A DNA stretch of 45,789 nucleotides from a virus (taxonomy: Duplodnaviria > Caudoviricetes): positions 1-45,789 of the IMG/VR virus record IMGVR_UViG_3300018080_000041. One strand, given 5' to 3'. The position numbers and the translations under genes were made by a program. The first letter of the stretch is position 1, and each line of letters starts with the position of its first letter. The notes below the pieces were generated by a model. It saw only the letters and a program-made list of their open reading frames with translations. It made no database searches and had not been told where the DNA came from. Below, piece by piece: positions 10,301 through 16,711 of the stretch.

Positions 10301-10842
10301 ACAGCCGCCTGCTTCGGATCTGTGCCGGTCAGCTCGGCCAGATATAGGGCGTTGGCCGCCCGGATCGTCGGCCCGTTCTCGGGCATCTGATTGACACGCA
10401 CCAGATCCCCTCCCAGGATCTGCTCGCGATACCGCGGGACCGCTTCGGTCTTCTGGGGTCGGCGACGCTCGCGACTGTCACGCACATAGTCCTGGAGCTT
10501 GCCCTCTTTTCGCATTTGCGTGACGCTCTTTAGGGTGGCCCCTGCAGACATAGCCTCCCGCTCCAGGAGCCGGTCGCTCATCTGATCGATCTTGTATTCC
10601 GGGGGATGATAGAGCTGGCGTTCCTGGTGCTTCGTCTGCAGGATCTGCGAATACAGATCCGGGTCCAGGCTCGCCGCGGCGTGTAGGGCCAGGTAGGACT
10701 GGCGGTCCACCTCCTGCTGGATGTCGCCGTCGATCTGCCGCGTGATATCAGCGTCGATCTCTGCGGAAATGTCAAGCTCTGGAACAGGCAATCGATCTGG
10801 TTGCCGATCCATCCGGCGGATCTCTTGCTCCATGATGGGCAT
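1330..10842 (-). CDS. Giant (~3170 aa) internal virion/ejection polyvalent protein
   Basis: Start coupled to the upstream stop (TAATG at 10844-10840); T7 gp16-equivalent position; HELMH zincin motif (8794-8808); EEIQSDWHQQG domain; C..CxxCY domain; helical C-terminus. Confidence 0.85.
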   Translation of the reverse strand: MPIMEQEIRRMDRQPDRLPVPELDISAEIDADITRQIDGDIQQEVDRQSYLALHAAASLDPDLYSQILQTKHQERQLYHPPEYKIDQMSDRLLEREAMSAGATLKSVTQMRKEGKLQDYVRDSRERRRPQKTEAVPRYREQILGGDLVRVNQMPENGPTIRAANALYLAELTGTDPKQAAVLYDGLVHTFFGDKDPKDIRPLTRLIRRWYSDQYMQFAGIDPAVYRIAGKFVAGEELDWQAITDNIPDDRVDELLAYISMQVTPENRGFYKKALDQMRRAENRTGRNLLRTGLMSNQMKKATDLALAIDEYEAETGLKPDHLMEIYDRWGELKRRKDSVKERMVNAAESADPIEGENVFSKATLMSLGILPDAAASVPMAMGGHPEAAAAYWYARVMPSVYDDLQDLGFDDDVSAMTATGVAIPIALINAIQAKQLVNLSPKAKQEAVKAARVGMARYWAKKGVQTGATMGVEWLEEGGEALVQVAGTAIAQAVSKHHPEIDWNEVVAGQLKGLQDAAWALPGLVLGGKMIEISSESRHIASIQKASGWTKPQARGAAAALQKGQRPVVLSEKAEYAWDQLQEHERQAILNWPDLEPEEQGMLAGRIEVLAAEGKQAEGIAVVEDVMTKNGVTGWKVEAVDVIEGAEPGTFRSGSTQITEDGMALVRVALGGDRVTGGHELMHVFDMILPSEDVEILRQAFPKEDGSYDREAAAAACGEYIDKHSGSAPQTRLQRVWHYVLEKLRSIRSALHRSGYRTAEHVFQDIMRGQYRGRKIDLSQDPGGVQNEIRRHGFSGEEAARITDTMAELEAAAEGKEAQLEADLAELDRQEALAKRAEVVGLDDMAAKLRQGKVPHKLAEAALAKAEVGAEITHRREHPTINREVFETREQDYKAAVRSELFKAATIQRAVKQEAEEKGISIREALEQTDDPWVHAARRELARLAAVKSNIMQHVDPGMADRWAGEVYDQILSQAKPVVGKAQELADAQARRRQMRVSYETRPLWHSKLERVINEKMQASMDVQQFANWIKKQGIKAEEMFWSGLDDVIETAEKGQKITKDQILGVIAQHRIIVEEVLLDKEAEDSLSWDDGESIEPDDLYIAEQADEGLERDLPVIVEEHKEQALAELRAGDDTLMNEYAIEWDIGDRLDIETESLFPDDFLPPNIKVEWDEQAIRDTIHDTKWEEYREKAYEAEMTNPEWRYVDSSGRFEIEGSRDTGWVLYDSDNGTTSYHEHLEDAQGQASALWAEVHPEGHGLQWEDYILSDQFYRNYRELLLRWPEPEEPFSIEEHWGPIENVIAHVRFDDRVDEHGDDVLFLEEIQSDWHQQGRDAGYKQRLSEKEVQGLKEQLHTFMNETVAPWIAAISKEAGLQPGFTIRQAHEHLFRLAGDARAEARRLDAQNNPALNEDAEAARTQAKRWDDLATQARWMYLRVLDLGRQVNSRESLGEVPDAPFKQTWPEMVLRRMFRWAADNGYKAIAWTTGDQQIERWSGHGTKDATVVEWFPEEKELVVTRRHRDVPETLATNVSKKALKAYLGKGLAADLLAQPLLEHGAHRLEADEGEVFQVGGQGMRFFYDAALTKIANKLAKKHGASVEEGYVQVDTRTRYQYEVLGEGDQEEGVVNILSDTGQVVETMRRGADGNFEMRPGERIRQLGMDISRPIFDVVHRLTFSDKMVQDFKESQPLFETKKKDQKIPLTPEQARRILQSRLSQGPDIPAPARPSAISTAVLDYQRKRLLRQDSIPAEADGSISAARSLYETRNWAEWSDRFRKNEVVQAHYGQEQIDDFLRGIKMTAKIFGDFRLLDEEDSTASPIRDNADPTYVRTFDLTTVCPQQDMYVAVIRELERRYDRILNQEERFLIGMMMNDAGYTPACWYCYGQAGRDAAGRAFSRAADIYNQVAVVYREGRTPTEEELKDAFGTWSHTGRLAKAVQQYHEQVPSVDAVRMRDIWVGDAEPESETEAALAEVFRSVVQGATKPNRAKGWAAYRQQILTMSQEWVDRFNLAGGLRMNSQSDFRPWYVIDTAQMLAHLGTKGGTAHVFTRIPQFVEIFGATGLKFNLSMEYARNPDGSIMRDENGDPVFNDMNGYPTQQAMADRRKHERDVGTMLVAMNDDEVQAGLDDERVDMIIPFHAGRVPQSVYDKQNAQNYEGQNEEDWTTVDPDAVAEYLGESLEELRRRFWVRNKVLVEKRDPETFKPQRYAFTITREHHDSSKAKYLALCERLNVTPRFERFVDHPNYMKLVNDVAKPNNQQAVDVTQINWDAAGRMLEDWVGRGGDIKKAPPALVKYIDGRIADEWYETRKTSEEGNENLAAQVAEYGRQLAIVSKQLRRLQAQYLEPLKDMSTKKRVRRVTGQTTISQLMTEEAALKASMKKAQQASKQAYREGKKQGVEETKAHHKELQARQREIKKYRQRLNRAIRRASRKIPKNVDFYYAEAIENLRAGIDLKMRSKKTLAKRMRTLDFLDRHPDRKDTVPQKLLRKLSKKPLNDYEIEEVEQIADEVERLIKLGQTKRGLKEGRRIKTESAERADLVEAALRGEELKTVEGAKVGPDAETTKQKVAEKLSLERAMTLRPNRLFDLLDGGNGRFDGPWHRMFIDEVNDAEDAKLRQVDERLAGLEMVMQHLGITNEMLVQERDVPGVPAEQGKWTLQRMIGVYVLSQNPRGREAIMYGNQLEEGIETVISRLSSREKALGDWIIENYEARWPQLREAMVSLLNDTPPHEERYSPIRRVEADFTPPEQQIVREVMHRQALKKGYAERGFSHARVKIPPEHQGAIDLDVVKLFRQQTAIQEHFIAFAELVARLQRAVNNKTVRKAVEQVHGKPIYKSVQSYVNRVANPQIYRNFGPLETTSRALRRNVATAYLALNVITMMKQLPSVALYLEAVGPQHLLSSALDFATNPKKMIEMAREKDPQLKHMAVEREIDEIVAMTQKTGRDTGKLRKLAMSPIRFFDSIARTIGWNAVYQKAIAEGASEAEAIRLARNATLRTQPAASPKDLPELYVQGEALNWALMFTNQPNQIWNMITYDLPKQVQSDPRQAVASFAGLVLSAAVIWMASNRRLPEDGEDLVDVGLAQFLASIPLVGSAILAKRQGWDRENPVFASPAEAIAAMLQGDWDRAARSGMETGAILTGTPYIGTKRFWKALAEGDPFEIIGGIREKE

Positions 10843-12527
10843 TAGGGTTGCCTCCCCTGCATGCGTGCTTCCCATCGCTCCAAGAATTCCACGGCAGTGA
10901 TCGACCCCTTCCATTTCCTGTAGATCTGGCTGGCCTGGCCCGGCATCTCAGCAATGAGCTTCTCGGCCTCGGCCTCGGTCAGTTCCCCCTCTTCCTCGGG
11001 CATACCCTGCGAGGGCGTTCCCGCCTTCAGCCGGTTCCAGAGAACCTGCCGTCTCTGCTCGCGTCTATGAGCCTCACGAGCAGCAAACTGGAACAGGCCC
11101 TGGACCGCCGTGATCGCCACCTGGTCACGGGTGGGATTGATGAGTGATTCATACTTCTCGCGGATCTGCACATCCGAAGCGTCCGGGTTGGTTTTCATCC
11201 ACCGGCGAAAGTCTGACAGGACCGACTCAAAAAGTACGTCGTTTTCAAGTCGCTGCTCGGGTGACAGATCCTCATAGTTGATACTATTGTTATTGTTGAG
11301 ATCCTGGCCCCAGATAAAAAATCCGCTTTTGCGAAAGTCCTCCATGTACCGCACAAGGTTCTTGTAGGTTTCATTATCGAGGGGACCGCCAGTCCCGGTG
11401 TCCTTGGCCTTCTCGCGAGCCGCCAGATCTCCGGCGAACTGCTGGGCCTGCTGCCAGGTGATACCTCCATCCTTTCCCGCACCGACGAGCTGGTAGATCT
11501 CTTCGACCGTAATGGGCTGGTCGGTATCGATCCGGGCGGCGATATCGGCAGCAACCCCTGGGGCGTACACCTCGAAGGGGTCTTCTTCTTCGACGGCCAA
11601 TGCCTTGGCCCGTGCTTCCATCCGCTCTCGCCACATGTTTTTCTCTTGGGCGTCCAGGCTGGTCGACTGGATGGCCTCCCAGGTCAATGTGTTCGCGGCA
11701 AGCTGCTCAACCACCTGAAGCCTCTCGGCCTCCTGGAGCTCCTTCGTGGCCTCGATACGGGCGGCCTTGCGTTTATCGTGAACCACCTCCAGCTCCCGAA
11801 CCATATCGGCCCGATCCTCTTCGCGAAGATCCTCCTGTAGTAGATATCCACTGCCCTCCTCGAACGTATCATAGCTCAGGGCATGCCGCCAGGCCTGTTG
11901 GTGCGAGATCGAATACTCCAGATCGTCCTTCATCGCCTGGGCCTGCTTGCTCGTCAGCAGACCGTACTTCACCCGTCGCTCGATGGCCTCGTTAGCATTG
12001 TCGATGTGCAGAACGAGGTCATCGTCCCGATCCTCCAGGATGGCCTCTTTGATTGCGTCGCTCTCTTGCTCAATCGCGAGCTGCGTGTCGGCATCAATCG
12101 TCCGAGTCATCCGGGTGGTCGTGTGCCGATGTAACTTGCTCTGCCAATATGGAGCGAGTTGATTGACTCGTCGCGTATAAGCATCTGCTGCCGGTTTGCT
12201 GGCAGGCACGAACTGGCTGACGCCCTCCATGCCTTTGCGGAATATCTCCTCATGCTTTCGGTAGTTCGGCTCGGCCTCGATCTCCTGGAACACCTTGAGC
12301 ATGTGCTCGTCCCGGCTCCGCTCGGCGTTGCTCAGCTCCACCTCGTCCATCATCCCCTGGACCTGCAGGGCTGCCTTGGCCACGTCATTCATGGCTCCGC
12401 CCACCGAGGCGATGCCACGTCCAACCATCTCGGCACCCGTCGAAGACATGGCCCCCGGGTTTGCCCGGGCCCCACCCGTTCGACTCGATGGTGTCAACTG
12501 CTGCCTGTAGGGTTGTAGCTTAGGCAT
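10842..12527 (-). CDS. Internal virion (ejection) protein, T7 gp15-position analogue
   Basis: Long helical ORF starting MPKLQPY; lies between the gp14-like gene and the giant gene. Confidence 0.7.
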   Translation of the reverse strand: MPKLQPYRQQLTPSSRTGGARANPGAMSSTGAEMVGRGIASVGGAMNDVAKAALQVQGMMDEVELSNAERSRDEHMLKVFQEIEAEPNYRKHEEIFRKGMEGVSQFVPASKPAADAYTRRVNQLAPYWQSKLHRHTTTRMTRTIDADTQLAIEQESDAIKEAILEDRDDDLVLHIDNANEAIERRVKYGLLTSKQAQAMKDDLEYSISHQQAWRHALSYDTFEEGSGYLLQEDLREEDRADMVRELEVVHDKRKAARIEATKELQEAERLQVVEQLAANTLTWEAIQSTSLDAQEKNMWRERMEARAKALAVEEEDPFEVYAPGVAADIAARIDTDQPITVEEIYQLVGAGKDGGITWQQAQQFAGDLAAREKAKDTGTGGPLDNETYKNLVRYMEDFRKSGFFIWGQDLNNNNSINYEDLSPEQRLENDVLFESVLSDFRRWMKTNPDASDVQIREKYESLINPTRDQVAITAVQGLFQFAAREAHRREQRRQVLWNRLKAGTPSQGMPEEEGELTEAEAEKLIAEMPGQASQIYRKWKGSITAVEFLERWEARMQGRQP

Positions 12528-12528
12528 C

Positions 12529-13044
12529 TCATTTGTCCCACATTCCGTATTCACGACCTATGCCGTATGTGCTCGACGCACCGCTCAACAGAGTGGCCCC
12601 AGCCTGCCACCGGGCCGACCGTTTGGCGTTGCGGCCACGTAGCCGTGCCATGGAGCCCGCTCCGACATCAAGGGCTGCCTGGGACTCGTAGCCCTGACTC
12701 TGCAGGAGCCCCTCCCTCAAAATGAGCAGACGATCCAACTCGGCATCCACAGCCGATTGCTCCAGGACGGCCAGGGGCGACCCGTCACTCATCGACACCC
12801 CGGAAGCACCGTATCCGGCCCGAAGCTTGGCCTGGATGGCACGCGTACGCTTACTGTGCAGGCGGGCGTCAGCCAAGGCCTTTTGCTCGGCCTCCTTCGC
12901 CTGCCGACGAGATATCTCTGCGTTGTAGTTGTGCCAGTCCTTCTCGGCTCGGCCGCGTGCATCCGCAGCCTGGCCCTGTTGATATTGTCCATAGGCGGCC
13001 GTCGCCGTCCCGGCAATCGCTGCGATCACTGCATACTCGGCCAT
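12529..13044 (-). CDS. Internal virion protein, T7 gp14-like
   Basis: Ala/Gly-rich hydrophobic N-terminus, YGASGVSMSDGSPL motif, synteny. Confidence 0.75.
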   Translation of the reverse strand: MAEYAVIAAIAGTATAAYGQYQQGQAADARGRAEKDWHNYNAEISRRQAKEAEQKALADARLHSKRTRAIQAKLRAGYGASGVSMSDGSPLAVLEQSAVDAELDRLLILREGLLQSQGYESQAALDVGAGSMARLRGRNAKRSARWQAGATLLSGASSTYGIGREYGMWDK

Positions 13045-13047
13045 GTG

Positions 13048-13482
13048 TCACCCTGTCCACGCATATAGGAAATAGTCATCTCCGTTCGGGCCATACTGAA
13101 ACATGCGGCCCTCCAATCGGAATCCCAACCACCTCATGAACTGCATGCCCGTCGCGAAATTCGCATTCACGACCGCCTGCACCCGCCGCATATGCTTTTC
13201 ATTAATCACTCTCGCGAGGATTCGTCGGGTGATTCGTGCAATTCGGTGTGTGTATTCAACTCGGTCCACGGCGTACACTGCCCAGGCCTCACCGACACCG
13301 GGCCAAAACTCTTTAATGCCGCCACAGCCAAGAATCTTACCATCTTTTTTTGCAGAAAATGCATATCCGGGCCGGGAGCACAAGGCCAGGCCACCTTCCA
13401 GCTCCGGCATGAGCAGCATGGACGGGTCGCACACCTTGCGAAAGTGCTCGGCCTCAAACGGCACCAGCGTCAGGCTACTCAT
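13048..13482 (-). CDS. GNAT-fold acetyltransferase-like virion protein (T7 gp13-like position)
   Basis: ILGCGG..WPGVGEAW and FMRWLGFRLEG motifs; follows tail tubular B. Confidence 0.75.
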   Translation of the reverse strand: MSSLTLVPFEAEHFRKVCDPSMLLMPELEGGLALCSRPGYAFSAKKDGKILGCGGIKEFWPGVGEAWAVYAVDRVEYTHRIARITRRILARVINEKHMRRVQAVVNANFATGMQFMRWLGFRLEGRMFQYGPNGDDYFLYAWTG

Positions 13483-16400
13483 CTGCGATCTCCATCCTGG
13501 GCAGAATGGACCGCACTGTCGTTGGCAAGGGTGCATCCTGCACCACGTACAGGTTCCCCGTTCGGTTAAAGTCGTCGTCCACGGCCTGCACAAAGATCCC
13601 GGTGAATGGCACTGTGGCTGAATGAACCCCCTCATCAGAAAAGTCCACACTCTCCAGATCGTCTAGGTCTGTACCCACCTTTGGCACGAGGGTCTCATAG
13701 AACGAAACAGCCAACTCATAGATCCGCCGAATTTTCCCCTGGCCGGTGCCCGTTTGTGTGCCCACGTCGATCCGCATCGGCTGCAGCACCGAGGTGTACC
13801 CCAGGCCGATCACGACCTGGTTGACATAGGCCGACAAGGTGACCTCGCCACTTTGCACGTAGTCACTGGCGGGCGAGACGTCCGCCCCATCCCCATAAGC
13901 GTCCACGTCCTCGCCTTCCAGGTGGTCGAGGCCGTCAAAGGTCTTTTTGACCCACGTGACCGTGTAGTCGTCCGTGTGCGGCGATTCGTCGCCGCGGGCC
14001 GACGTGTAAGCACTGCCGTCCTCGTTTTTCAGGACTAGGGTATAGGGACCGGCCCCGGCGAGAGCTGACACTTCCCAAGCACCGTTCAGCTCCGTGTAGT
14101 CACTGCCTGCAATGCGGATCTTGTCGCCGTTCGCCAGGTCGGTGCCGCTACTGTCCGATGGTAAAGAGGGCAGCGTCAGCGTGACTGTTCCAGACGCAAT
14201 CGCCAGGGTCGTGCAGTCCACCGCATCGCCCCCGTTCCAGCTCAGGGCCGAATCGAGGTGCCAGGCGTCCAGGTAGCTATCCACTTTGCGAGGCCGGAAA
14301 TACTCAATGTACCGCTTGGTGACGGCTGCACTGCCGCGGCCACTCTCCAAGATGCTTCGTTTGACGGACAGGACGACAACGTCCTCCGTCTCCCCCGGAA
14401 TAACGGCCACCGATTCCACCTCGGCCGCCACGGCTTGGTAGTTCAGGTCGATATCATACAGTCCATGTCGATGCCATGCGATCACGTCATGGCTCGGCTC
14501 ATACGTCAGACCCAGCAAAACCCCGTCGTCACGGACGCACCAGATACACGGGTGTGGCCGCCGTTGATAGGCGGCCGCCACAATACCATCGCCCGTGATG
14601 TGCTCGGCCAGGATCGTCAGGTCGCGGCTCTCATAGCCATCCGATTCGAATTGGTAGCCCATCCACCGTAGTCGCTTGGCGTTGGCCTCCACGAACATGA
14701 TGCCTCTCGGCCCCTTGATGGGCATCACGGCTGCTCCACCGCATGCCCCGTCACCGTCCACTTTGACGCTCGTAGACGTCAGGGGTTCTTCGTTCACTCC
14801 GTGGACACTGCTCTCTCCGTCCTGCGTACCCACCAGCAAAGCAGCCTTGTCCGCCATCCAACGAATGCGGTTCTGCTGAGAGGCGGCAATCGTGATTTTC
14901 ATCGGCGAGTCGTCCAATGTACCCAGCCGCATGTTTTCCCAGTCGTCCACGGCACTGCCCCAGAGAGCTCCCGGCTCGTACGTGGAGCCGCCAAGCCAGA
15001 GTCGACTGTCCAACATAGCAATCGTGCCGGGGTAGCCGCGAACATCCGACCATGCCCCCTCCGCCCAGTATCGGGTCCTTTCGGCAGGCTCCCAGAGCCC
15101 CGCCGCCAGGTCCGTGGTGAACGCTGCCGCCGCAGTGTGGGCAGTCACACACCGAAACGCCTCCCCGCCCGATGCCGCCAGGGAGCCAACCTTGTACGAT
15201 CTCCCTGTCGCCCAGGCGGTCACACCCGCAAAATCATAAAGATCCTCCACTTCGGTAAACGTGGCCAGCCAGTGCTTGGCTGTTCCAATCAGCCGCCACT
15301 TGCCAGCCGCCAGGTCTGTGGAAAACGTCCCCGAGGTATGGGCAATGATGCACTTGTATTCGTACCCGGCTTCGTGGACACGATCTCCAAGCACGTACCC
15401 CGTTGCCGTGACCCAGGCCGTTGCCGTATCGTGCTCCTCCCAATATCCGGCTGCCAGGTCCGTAGCGAACACCCCCGACGTGTGCCCCACCAGGCACAGA
15501 TAATATGCCCCGGCCTGCACGACATAATCGCCACGCACATACGCTGTTGCCGTGACCCAGGCCGGAAAGGAGGCGGCGTCCACAACGCCGGTGATTTCAA
15601 TGATACCCGTCTGCTTGTTGCCCGTTGAGGCCAGATGCCACTTCACGGAACCGCTGAAGTTATTGCTGCTGCTCATTCGATAGTAAATGCCGTGTTCGTC
15701 TTCATCGCCGCTGTCAATCGTGTCCTGACGGTAGGTGTGAATGACCTCCCAGGTCTGACCCTCATCCACAGACCTCTCCAGGTGGATCTCCCCGGTGGTC
15801 CACGTGCCGGTCATGTGAGCCTCCCAGCCACCAATGACCAGCAACGGGTCCGACCACGCATTCGCAGCACCGACGCCACCTGCACCACCCACCATCAGAT
15901 CCCCCGAATCGCGGAAGTTCCGGATGGCAAACCGGGCTCCAACATGTCCGGCTTCGAAGCAATCGGACATGGCCGCCACCGTGCCGGGCGTTGGCATGGC
16001 CAGCATGGTTTCGTCATTGTCCATGTTCTCGTCAAGAAACGGCCCACCCTCAGGCTCGACTTCGACCATTTGCCAGGAGGAGCTGCCAAGCCGCATCAGC
16101 TTCTGCCATGGGCGGTCGGGATGGACTAGGTACAGGATGTCGTTCACCTGCTTGAAGTGTACGCGAGGCAGATCCGCTTCAGCGTAGACGCTTGGGAATT
16201 CCACGTAAAACGACTGCCCAGACTGGAACGTCAATTTGTGCCAGTACGTCTCCCAGTTCGCCCCTACGCCCGGCTCATCGCCCGCCGCCGATGTGTGGGC
16301 CTCGATACACACGTAGGCGTACCAATTGCCCCCGACGTTGTTGAGAACATAGTCAGCATATGTGTAGTCCCGAGTTGCCGCCCACTGGGACGCGACAAAC

Positions 16401-16705
16401 TGCACAAGGAAGCCGGGAACGCCGTCGTCATCCAACGCGATAATTCGGAACGCCCCATCCGAAAACGCGATGACGTACGCCTGGTCGATGCTATACCGGA
16501 ACTCCAGAAGCCAGGTGTACCCACCTCCCGTGGCGACATCGGCATAGCCCGTCCCTGGACGCCGCTCGGCCGCACCGTACGGTGTCGCAATAAAATTCTG
16601 GAGCGTCTGACAGCCGCTCTGATATTTCTGTAGGTCACTGCGACCATCCAGAAGCGGCGACAGCTCCCCAGCATTGAACGAATGCACAACGGGATCGACT
16701 AACAT
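13475..16705 (-). CDS. Tail tubular protein B (nozzle) with inserted carbohydrate-binding repeats
   Basis: N-terminal SFNAGELSP..GRSDL..Y, RRPGT, GYPGT, AWHRH, GLDHLEG and IGLGYTS motifs typical of podophage nozzle proteins. Confidence 0.88.
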   Translation of the reverse strand: MLVDPVVHSFNAGELSPLLDGRSDLQKYQSGCQTLQNFIATPYGAAERRPGTGYADVATGGGYTWLLEFRYSIDQAYVIAFSDGAFRIIALDDDGVPGFLVQFVASQWAATRDYTYADYVLNNVGGNWYAYVCIEAHTSAAGDEPGVGANWETYWHKLTFQSGQSFYVEFPSVYAEADLPRVHFKQVNDILYLVHPDRPWQKLMRLGSSSWQMVEVEPEGGPFLDENMDNDETMLAMPTPGTVAAMSDCFEAGHVGARFAIRNFRDSGDLMVGGAGGVGAANAWSDPLLVIGGWEAHMTGTWTTGEIHLERSVDEGQTWEVIHTYRQDTIDSGDEDEHGIYYRMSSSNNFSGSVKWHLASTGNKQTGIIEITGVVDAASFPAWVTATAYVRGDYVVQAGAYYLCLVGHTSGVFATDLAAGYWEEHDTATAWVTATGYVLGDRVHEAGYEYKCIIAHTSGTFSTDLAAGKWRLIGTAKHWLATFTEVEDLYDFAGVTAWATGRSYKVGSLAASGGEAFRCVTAHTAAAAFTTDLAAGLWEPAERTRYWAEGAWSDVRGYPGTIAMLDSRLWLGGSTYEPGALWGSAVDDWENMRLGTLDDSPMKITIAASQQNRIRWMADKAALLVGTQDGESSVHGVNEEPLTSTSVKVDGDGACGGAAVMPIKGPRGIMFVEANAKRLRWMGYQFESDGYESRDLTILAEHITGDGIVAAAYQRRPHPCIWCVRDDGVLLGLTYEPSHDVIAWHRHGLYDIDLNYQAVAAEVESVAVIPGETEDVVVLSVKRSILESGRGSAAVTKRYIEYFRPRKVDSYLDAWHLDSALSWNGGDAVDCTTLAIASGTVTLTLPSLPSDSSGTDLANGDKIRIAGSDYTELNGAWEVSALAGAGPYTLVLKNEDGSAYTSARGDESPHTDDYTVTWVKKTFDGLDHLEGEDVDAYGDGADVSPASDYVQSGEVTLSAYVNQVVIGLGYTSVLQPMRIDVGTQTGTGQGKIRRIYELAVSFYETLVPKVGTDLDDLESVDFSDEGVHSATVPFTGIFVQAVDDDFNRTGNLYVVQDAPLPTTVRSILPRMEIADE

Positions 16706-16711
16706 GGAGCC

